Source: Octopus vulgaris (lineage: Eukaryota). Taken from it: a stretch of 64,000 bases of DNA. Each line of letters opens with the position of its first letter. The first letter of the stretch is position 1. The position numbers and the translations under genes were made by a program. Location of the stretch: positions 50,158,001 to 50,222,000 of the forward strand of contig OX597826.1 of the NCBI GenBank assembly GCA_951406725.2, read 5' to 3'. Positions 54,937-64,000 of this stretch are shown here, one piece after another. The notes below the pieces were generated by a model. It did not search any database, had not been told where the DNA came from, and worked only from the letters and a program-made list of their open reading frames with translations.

Positions 54937-55441
54937 TGTGCGTGCGTGTGTTCCGCTCTCACCGCCTTGTTCACGTCTGCATATGAGTGTGTGTGTGCTG
55001 AAGAACGACCGAAGTCTTGTTTAAGAAGATAATCTGAGAAGGGTTTTCGAAACAAGCACTCAAGTGGAACTATGTCTAGCAGAGCATCAACAAGTCGCCT
55101 TTGTTCTTCATCTCAATCTGACGGCTGCCGTATTCAATGGTTGGGCCCCGCCAACGCCACTCTCAACTCCTCCACTATGTCACACACCCAACCAACCACG
55201 CACCACCTATCAGCTATAATCACTACCCTTACCAAATCCGCCACTCTACTCCATCACACCGACAAATGAAGAGGCTTGTCAGAAGAAGAAAAAAAATAGT
55301 TCATCTCTGATGTGTTTGTTTTAATCTTTTATTATTAAGACGAGATATGAAACGTGGGGGCAGATATGAGGGCTTAATGAGTTCTGGGAGACCAGCGACC
55401 AGAAGAGAGGGATGTGTAACTGACAAAGGGTTTGAGACATG

Positions 55442-55483
<42 letters not shown>

Positions 55484-55591
55484 TAGACAAAGAGCGACAG
55501 AGACTGAGAGATAGAAAGATAACGAAAGATAAATTAGATATGGAATGATAAAGTGTGGAGGAACGGGAATCGTCAAAAAGTTCGCTGAAAT

Positions 55592-55641
<50 letters not shown>

Positions 55642-56046
55642 GTGGTGATGATGGTGATGGTAGTGGTGGTGGTGGTGGTGGTGGTGGTGGTGGTGGTGGT
55701 GGTGGTGGTGTTGGGGTGGCGGCGGTGGCGGTGGCGGTGGCGGTGGTGATGATGATTTGGACAATAAGTTCAGAAACAAAAATCTGTTCCTTTCTTCTCG
55801 TTCTTTTATCTTTATTCCATTTCTTAGTAGGTATTTATGTATTTGTGTTGTTTTGATCCCAGATTTTAAAAGACAGATCTATTATCTGCTCCAAGAAGGT
55901 ATCAAGATTAATGTCAGTCTGTCTTTTACTAGTGACTTTGTAAAGGAACTTAAAAAACCAAGATATACTCTATGACTTTATGATAACTGGAAATGACCAA
56001 ACTCGAGCAGTCGGGCCACTTTAACGGTTATCATACCATGTTTTAA

Positions 56047-56410
56047 GGCGGCGAGCTGGCAAAAACGTTAGCACGCCGGACGAAATGCCTAGCGGTATTT
56101 CGTCTGCCGCTACGTTCTGAGTTCAAATTCCGCCGAGGTCGACTTTGCCTTTCATCCTTTCGGGGTCGATTAAATAAGTACCAGTTACGCACTGGGGTCG
56201 ATATAATCGACTTAATCCGTTTGTCTGTCCTTGTTTGTCCTCTATATGTTTAGCCCCTTGTGGGTAGTAAAGCCAAACAGAAAAGATACCAGTTCGTTCC
56301 AGGGCGACATGATTGCGATGAGATTAACTTACCCACAAACACACACACATCGAGATCCTAAACCCGTGGTTTCCCGACAATTGCGCAATGTAGTAAAGAA
56401 ATAGGTATCG
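56047..56410 (+). mobile_element. SINE family B with 13-bp TSD and a 117-bp internal insertion
   Basis: TSD TACCATGTTTTAA at 56034-56046 and 56411-56423; insert 56273-56389 resembles 56690-56820. Confidence 0.9.
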
Positions 56411-56846
56411 TACCATGTTTTAACCATTTAATAACCGAAAAATGGCCGCGTGGGTAAGCAGCTTGGTAACAGCTTGGCTTGATACTATAGAAACAGGCAC
56501 CTACATGTCTGTGACTTTCGATTGGTTAAAATTACCCAAAATTTGCAAAATTTAAAAACTTTTAAATCTTTATTCATTGATGTATGGGGGGAAATGAATT
56601 TCATGGCAATGACTACCATATCAGACTACATCATTACACCAAATATGAAATCAATTGGAACAAAAATTGGAGAAACTGCAAAGTGGCAGCCAAACAGAAA
56701 AGATACCAGTTCGTTCCAGGGTGACATGATTGCGATGAGATTTACTTACACACAAACACACTCACACACACACACACACATCGAGATTCTAAACCCGTGG
56801 TTTCCCGACAGTTGCGCAATGTGCCCTATGTCTTTTATAGTTATAT

Positions 56847-57672
56847 GGGGCTAATGCAGTTTCGCACCTCTCCTTGAAAAATGCATTTAAAAAAAAAAAA
56901 AATTTTTTCGGATTCCGACGTTTTAGATGTCGGAGATTACTATGCAAAAATAATTTTTTTTTAATTTCACTCCCACCCTGCCCATTAATTTTTTTTTTAT
57001 TTTGTTTGCTTTAAAGCGATCGAAGCGAATTGACGAACATATGCAAATCGAAATTAAATACAGACAAAAACATTAAAGTGAAAAGAATTTACGTTTTACT
57101 TGTGTTTGCCTTAAATAATCGTAAATAATAATATAACGTAAATTGAATATACACCATTTTATGAGAAACAAACATTAATGTTTAATAATTAATGTTACAA
57201 AGTTTAATAAAGGGCTCAAATTTCACACCCTCTCCAATTTTAAGTTTTTGAACTTCTTCCTCTATTTAATTATTTATCTATCCGTTTATTCATAAAATAT
57301 ATTTGTCAACTAAATGTAGCGGTCCTATAGAGGACGGTGTTACTGTTTTTTTTAGCCACAGGAAGACATTCACATCTATCTCTTTATACGCCTATCTATA
57401 TGCTTATTGAATTTAAAATTTTAAAAAACGTGGTTTCTTGCATATTCGGAATCTCCATCATCTAAAACATAGGGAAAAAACAATTTTGAAAATGTTCAAA
57501 ATTTTAAGGAGGGAGAGGGAGAGAAGGGGTAATTTAGTTTTTTGTTTTTTTGTTTTTTTTTGGGGTGGTGGGTGCATATTCGTAATTTCCGACGTCTAAA
57601 ACGTAGGGATCCGAAAAATTGTTTTTAAAAAAATGCATTTTTCAAGGAGAGGTGCGAAACTGCATTAGACCC
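56847..57672. mobile_element. MITE / non-autonomous DNA transposon with ~100-bp imperfect TIRs
   Basis: GGGGCTAATGCAGTTTCGCACCTCTCCTTGAAAAATGCATTT versus AAATGCATTTTTCAAGGAGAGGTGCGAAACTGCATTAGACCC; no clear TSD. Confidence 0.85.
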
Positions 57673-57729
57673 GTCATATTTCTATTGAAATAATACACTA
57701 CCTTTGTTTCAATTCATGAAGAAATTACT

Positions 57730-58145
57730 CTCTCTCTTTTACTCATTTACTTGTTTGTCATTTGACTGCGGCCATGCTGGAGCACCGCCTTTAGTCGAGC
57801 AAATCGACCCCGAGACTTATTCTTTGTAAGCTCTGTACTTATTCTATCGGTCTCTTTTGCCGAACCGCTAAGTTACGGGGACGTAAACACACCAGCATCG
57901 GTTGTCAAGCAATGCTAGGGGGACAAACACAGACATACAAACATATACACACACATACATATATATATATATATACATATATACGACAGGCTTCTTTCAG
58001 TTTCCGTCTACCAAATCCACTCACAAGGCATCGGTCGGCCCGGGGCTATAGCAGAAGACACTTGCCCAAGATGCCACGTAGTGGGACTGAACCCGGAACC
58101 ATGTGGTTGGTAAGCAAGCTACTTACCACGCAGCCACTCCTGCGC
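57730..58145 (-). mobile_element. SINE family A, full length
   Basis: Consensus match. Confidence 0.9.
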
Positions 58146-58349
58146 TAGCATTTTTAATTTGATGTTTGAAAACAAATTAACATGGAATTTTAATTGAAAA
58201 TTTTAACTTAGATACTTTAAAACAAGACGTTTTGTTTCATAGAACCAGGGCCGATCTAAGGCAGGTTGGTAGGGATCAAAAGGTTTAAGGCAGCACTACC
58301 TGTCATCGCCTGTATGTTGTTGTTGTTGTTGATGCTGCTCCTGTTGCTG

Positions 58350-58525
58350 GTGCGACACTCGCTTCAGCAGCCACGCCACCTCGCGGAATTCATTTCTCCG
58401 ACGGACCGCCGTTTTGCGGAGGTAATCGGTAGTACGGGGTCCTAGAACATAAGACATCTCGACGGCGAACGGCACAACCTGATAGGGGTCAATCAGACCA
58501 ATCAGACCCCTGCATTTATTGACTT
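58350..58525 (-). mobile_element. CRE-like RLE non-LTR retrotransposon relic
   Basis: KVNKCRGL..DPYQVVPFAVEMSYVLGPRTTDYLRK...REVAWLLKRVS matches the CRE-clade Y.F.PFAVET.G..G...RE..(W/F)L.QR.S motif. Confidence 0.62.
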
Positions 58526-59156
58526 TTCTCTCCTCCACATAACGGGTGGCGACACCCGGGCTTTCAGCCGATGCTTAGAAAGTTGGAGCCAATATGAGAG
58601 TTTTTCGCCCACAGTATAGTTTGTTCTAACAGAACGTCCGCGTTTAAGTGGGAATAAATACACGTTCTGAGTTCCAATTCTGCCTAGGTCGACTTTGCCT
58701 TTCATCCTTTCGGGGTCGATAAAATAAGGACCAGTCAAGCACTGGAGTCGATGTAATCGACTAGCCCCCACTCATATTAATATTAGTATTATTGGCGCCG
58801 ATCGAGCAAACCTTTGGCACATATCTAATCAATCAAGCAACAAGATGAGGACCCTAGATCTATTGTTTGAAATATACTGTTTTCTGTCTCTAAATCAGGG
58901 CCCATGATGTACATTACCCCTCAGTGATAACTGTATAGGGTACAGTACGACAATTGGGATATATTGTATTCTAACCCAGGACCCATGTGTACCCCATGGT
59001 CAAGGTTATGATGTACACCACCCTACATTCTATCGGTGTTGGTATGTTTACGTCCCCATAGCTTAGCAGTTCGGCCAAAGAGAACGACAGAATAAGTATC
59101 AGGCTTTAAAAATATATTTCTATATAAACGTTGTTGTTTAACCCCAAATCAGTGAA

Positions 59157-59460
59157 GATGGGTGGTTTAGTGCTTAGGGTATTCGACTTACGATCGTAAG
59201 GTCCTCGGTTCGATTCCCAGGGGTGCGCTGCATCCTTGAGCCAGATACTTTATTTAAGTTGCTAAAAATGAGTAGTACCTGTAATTCAAAGGGGCCAGTA
59301 TTGTCATATCCTGTGTCATGCTGAAACTCCCAGAGAACTACGTTAAGGGTATGTGTGAATCTGTAGATGGTTCAACCACATGCACGCTAATTTCACGAGC
59401 ATGCTGTCCCATTGATCGGATCAACTGAAAACCTTACCCGTTGTAGCAGACGGAGAACCA
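59157..59460 (+). mobile_element. tRNA-derived SINE family C
   Basis: A box TGGTTTAGTG, B box GGTTCGATTCC; colinear with 1352-1671. Confidence 0.7.
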
Positions 59461-59857
59461 TTTTTAACCCTAAGCTAAATGTAGGCCTTGGTAAAGACGA
59501 TGAGATGATCGCGACTGCAATCCCTTTGGTCATAGGTTCTCATCATCAGGATTAACTTGAGGCCTACAAACAACAACAACAACAACCTCTCATTCGTTTA
59601 GATTTATGCCACAGGCACGGAAGTCCGGGTTTCAGGAAGTCTTCAGAACCGATTTTGTTTTCGGCGCCAATGCCTGCATGGTGCAAGTACCAGCTTACCT
59701 CACCCGTATTCAGCACAAAATAATATCAGGGTACATAAAGGAAATTAAGAGATAGAATTACTTACTAACTGCCTTTCTGTCTCTCCTTTCTCTTTTTCAC
59801 ACAGACATACTCTCTCTCTCTCTTTCTCTCCTCTCTCTCTCTTTCTCCTTCCTCTCT

Positions 59858-59889
<32 letters not shown>

Positions 59890-61009
59890 GTTATCCCTTA
59901 CCTTACCTTTCCCTATCTCTCTGTTCCTTCCTCCCCCGTTCTCATGAAACTTAAGTTCGAAACAAACTTATAATCTTCCTGTTTAGAAATTAAATAATTC
60001 TGAAACACAAGCCACATGATAAACAAAATGTAAAGTCGCATAAAAGAATATTTATTGCGTGGAACGTGAAAAAAAAGATATAATAATAATAAAATAAAAT
60101 AAAATATTCTGTAGTAAAAAAAATTGTTGTATCGCTTACATTGTTTCTGTCAAAAACGGGAGACAACTACGGACATGTTTGACGTTATTTCAGTATCGTC
60201 AGCGAAATGCATATTGGTCCCGACTTAATGAATTAGTGATCAAATGATTGTTTATCAGTTATTAAAGTATTCCCATGATATGATCATTTTGGACTTACTG
60301 TAAAACGCACCAACAGCACGTTATCATTAACATAAGAATATTTTGAGGACTTCGAACGTTAATGGACCAATGGATTTAGGAATTATATTATTTCAAACTA
60401 AAAATAAAAGACCAAGAAGACGATATGAAACGAAAATCATTAACATAAAAGATCAAACTTGAACATAGTCGTGAATTTAAATATGTTTGAAAGAAGAGCT
60501 GTTCCCTGTTCACACGCATACATACATACATACATACATACATACATACATACATACATACATACATACATACATTTATAAACGTTCACACTATATATAC
60601 ATAGATTCATATATACACTTGCGTCAGAAATTAATTAGCACTTCTCAAATTTCTACATTAAATAGGTTAAATCAATTAACCTATGAGCTGTTCAAAACGT
60701 CTTACGCGATGAGAAAACTTAGTATGGTGTGATTTCGGTCCTTGCGAGGCGCTACCTATATCTATTAAACAAAGGAAGATTTGTCTGCATCCGCACTCCA
60801 AGTTGTTGCACTGCTATGTCAACATCATAAGGCTGTTGACTCTCAAACTGCTCTGCAAACAAAGTTACGTCATCGTTCTGCGCAACAGTGAACTCGCAAC
60901 AAAGCAATAGTTCGAGATATGGCCACTAGGTGACAGCACATACCTTGAGTGAAGAGCAAATCAAGGGTGCTAATTAATTTCTGACGGTAGTGTATATATA
61001 TTATTTTAT

Positions 61010-61260
61010 TTTATCCTTTTATTTGTTTCAGTCATTTGACTGTGGCCATGATGGAGCACTGCAGAAGGAATCTACCTCAGGACTTATACTTTGTAAGCCT
61101 GATACTTATTCTATCGGTCTCTTTTGCCGAACCGCTAAGTTACGAGGACATAAACATACCAACATCGGTTGTCAAGCGTTGTTGGTGGAGGACAAACACA
61201 CACAAAGACACATTAATATATATATATGTATCTATATGTATGTATGTATGTATACATATA

Positions 61261-61329
<69 letters not shown>

Positions 61330-61491
61330 GACGGGCCTCTTTCAGTTTCCGTCAACTAAATCCACTCACAAGTCTTTTTGTCGGCCCGAGGCTATAGTAG
61401 AAGACACTTGCCCAAGGTAACACACAGTGGGACTGAACCCGGAACCATGTGGTTTGGCAACAAGCTTCTTTCCACACAGCCACACCTGCGC

Positions 61492-61493
<2 letters not shown>
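61010..61493 (-). mobile_element. SINE family A
   Basis: Consensus match with (TA)n core. Confidence 0.88.
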
Positions 61494-61548
<55 letters not shown>

Positions 61549-61879
61549 TACATACATACATACATACATACATACATACATACATACATACATACATACA
61601 TGATCTTGACAGATGATAGCCGCACACACACATACACCGCACCCTATCACACAGCACAATCCTTCCGTTGATGAGCCTTCACATGACTTTTAAGACCAGC
61701 TGTTGATTGATAGAGTTTAAAACACAAGCGACAGATATTATTCAGGTTTCTTCTATATCTTTACCCTCTGGAATCCGATTCTGAAGGAATATTCCTGTGA
61801 ACTAGCATATGTCTTTTTAAGTTCAGATATTGTCTTACAAGTTTTATGACACAAGTCGTAAGAGGTGGTTGGAGTTCAA

Positions 61880-62390
61880 GATTATTACCTACCTGGGCAT
61901 TTCGGTTTTGACATATCCAATGTTTACTGTTGATTTCAGTTCCAATTGTCCCTTTCCGGCAGGCCCTTTTAATCTCAGAGCGCTGAATCATCTTTTCCTC
62001 CCAGGAATTGCAACCAGTCCTAACAGCACCTCTCCACTTATTCCGATCTCGAACATCAAGTTTCCCAGTCACTTTTGTTCATATCTAGTTTCTTCAGGTT
62101 TCCCGTCACACAGTCTTTGTACCTTTTCCTCAGCTTATGTTGTGGTCGCTTACCAGAGTTGAACTCACCATAAAAAAAAGACGCTTTGGAAATTGCTTAT
62201 CTTTCGTTCTAATAACATGTCCAGCCCATCTCATTTAAACCAAGATAACATGTTGTTCAGTTGAACTACAACGTGCCATGCGCAAAACTTCTGTATCTGG
62301 AATGAAACATTCCCACTTGACTCCCAAGATACGTCTGAAGAACTTTTGATGAAATCTCTCCAGAATTTTCATGTGACGCTTGTAAGTCTC
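61880..62390 (-). mobile_element. RTE-clade LINE 3' coding relic
   Basis: With frameshifts: PKRLF(Y)GEF..GKRPQHKLRKRYKDCVTGNLKKLD...DRNKWRGAVRTGCNSWEEK..IKRACRK, typical of the RTE/BovB C-terminus. Confidence 0.75.
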
Positions 62391-62663
62391 ACCCGAATAA
62401 AAAAAAAAGTGCCGTCAGTACACACGCTTTATATACATACATACATACATACATACATACATACATACATACATACATACATACATACATACATACATAC
62501 ATACATACATACATACATACATACATACACACATACATACATACATACATACATACATGCACACACACACATACATACATACATACATACATACATACAT
62601 ACATACATACATACATACATACATACATACATACATACATACATACATACATACATACATACA

Positions 62664-63212
62664 TGGTGGCTGCCCCCTCGTTATCAAGTATGGCCATTGC
62701 ACGAAGCTTAATCAATGTTGTTATCGTGCAATGCCTGTGCAAGAAGATTTTTTTAAAAGTGAGGAAAGGCTGTGCACCGAGTCAATCCCACTCACTAAGC
62801 AACAGCAGCCATAATCCGAAAAGAAGAACAAGTCAACATCATCGGTAACCACTGAGCCGCAGGTTTTATATCGGAGTTATCCCAGTTACCTGAGTTACCT
62901 TCTAGAAGGATGCTCTAACAAAGGCTAGGAGTCCTTCACTCCCAATGGTTTAACCGCGCGATCGGTTATTAAGTCCGATTATTACTATGTCCCCGCGCAT
63001 GATACAGCCTTAAGACATTTATTGGATGGCCGTTGACTCTCAAGAGTTCCTCCGCCCTTTGACGGGTTTTGTTTTTCATCCCGCAGGGTGTCCAATAAAC
63101 ACCCTCCTCACCAAGCAAGCTTGGTGGGGTTGCCGGTTTAGTCGCCGACGACCCGACCATGCAACATGTTGTACTGGGTTACATGTTACCAGTAGCACTC
63201 GAAAGTGACCTG
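62664..63212 (-). mobile_element. ~550-bp GC-richer, structured, non-coding element inserted in (ACAT)n; possible short non-autonomous RTE derivative
   Basis: Sharp boundaries within (ACAT)n tracts (62432-62663, 63213-63292); several hairpins; loose resemblance to RTE UTRs. Confidence 0.5.
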
Positions 63213-63263
63213 ACATACATACATACATACATACATACATACATACATACATACATACATACA

Positions 63264-63295
<32 letters not shown>

Positions 63296-63594
63296 AATTC
63301 AAGGTGCGTCAGTTTTTTTAGGGCACTTCTTTCTAACATTTTTTTATTACCTTACTTTTCACATAAATGTCAGCCATCAGGTTGACTCAGTAAATGAAAA
63401 GGTTCCTGCAACCGTTGCCTTAAAAATGTTGCATAGTGATACAGAGTTAGCTCGCTCCTTGAAATTTTTCCGATCCTTCGTTGTCAAAGTTCGAACGGAG
63501 CTGGAAACTGCTATTGGGAATCCAACATTAATAGGGTCCTAATACCACCGAAATACATAACTTTGCACAAAAAATCCGAGAAATAATTGATAAA

Positions 63595-63992
63595 AGGTGT
63601 AGGAGTGGCTATGTGGTAAGTAGCTTGCTAACCAACCACATGGTTCCGGGTTCAGTTCCACTGCGTGGCATCTTGGGCAAGTGTCTTCTGCTATAGCCCC
63701 GGGCCGACCAATGCCTTGTGAGTGGATTTGGTAGACAGAAACTGAAAGGAGCCTGTCGTATATATGTATATATATATATACGTTTGTGTGTGTGCTTGTG
63801 TGTCTGTGTTTGTCCCCCTAGCATCGCTTGACAACCGATGCTGGTGTGTTTACTTCCCCGTCACTTAGCGGTTCGGCAAAAATAGACCGATAGAATAAGT
63901 ACTGGGCTTACAAAGAATAAGTCCCGGGGTCGAGTTGCTCGACTAAAGGCGGTGCTCCAGCATGGCCGCAGTCAATTGACTGAAACAAGTAA
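63595..63992 (+). mobile_element. SINE family A, full length
   Basis: Consensus match. Confidence 0.9.
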
Positions 63993-64000
63993 AAAAAAAC

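Noticed and set aside
60130-60470. Possible Penelope GIY-YIG relic (YIVS..NGRQLRTCLT; RRRYETKII)
   Set aside because: Similarity too weak and fragmentary to call without a profile search.
63370-63560. Possible Chapaev transposase C-terminal relic on the minus strand (DNEGSEKFQ...NLMADI), and a CACTGGTCAACA terminus near 38340
   Set aside because: Only loose motif resemblance; unverified.

Overview
Eukaryotic, AT-rich, microsatellite-dense intergenic or intronic DNA. The tRNA-derived SINE families and LINE relics look like those of an octopus-type cephalopod; this is inferred from repeat content only. No intact host protein-coding gene is recognisable: nearly all listed ORFs are translations of simple repeats or SINEs. 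The window holds many copies of three tRNA-SINE families; decayed non-LTR retrotransposons (Tx1/L1-like, Dong/R4-like, CRE-like, RTE-like); a decayed Helitron; an internally deleted mariner with intact TIRs and TA TSD; and several fold-back elements. A 100-N gap is flanked by a near-identical 6.76-kb duplication, probably an assembly artefact. Two results stand out. (1) A canonical type I hammerhead ribozyme (minus strand, 44405-44491) lies inside a 748-bp fold-back element whose 188-bp inverted repeat ends at the predicted cleavage site, and related fold-back elements carry hammerhead-like cores. (2) Candidate partner LINEs for both dominant SINEs are visible in the window: the SINE-A tail matches a Dong/R4-like 3' UTR and the SINE-B tail matches the Tx1-like 3' UTR. 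Coordinates were read by eye and may be off by a few bases.
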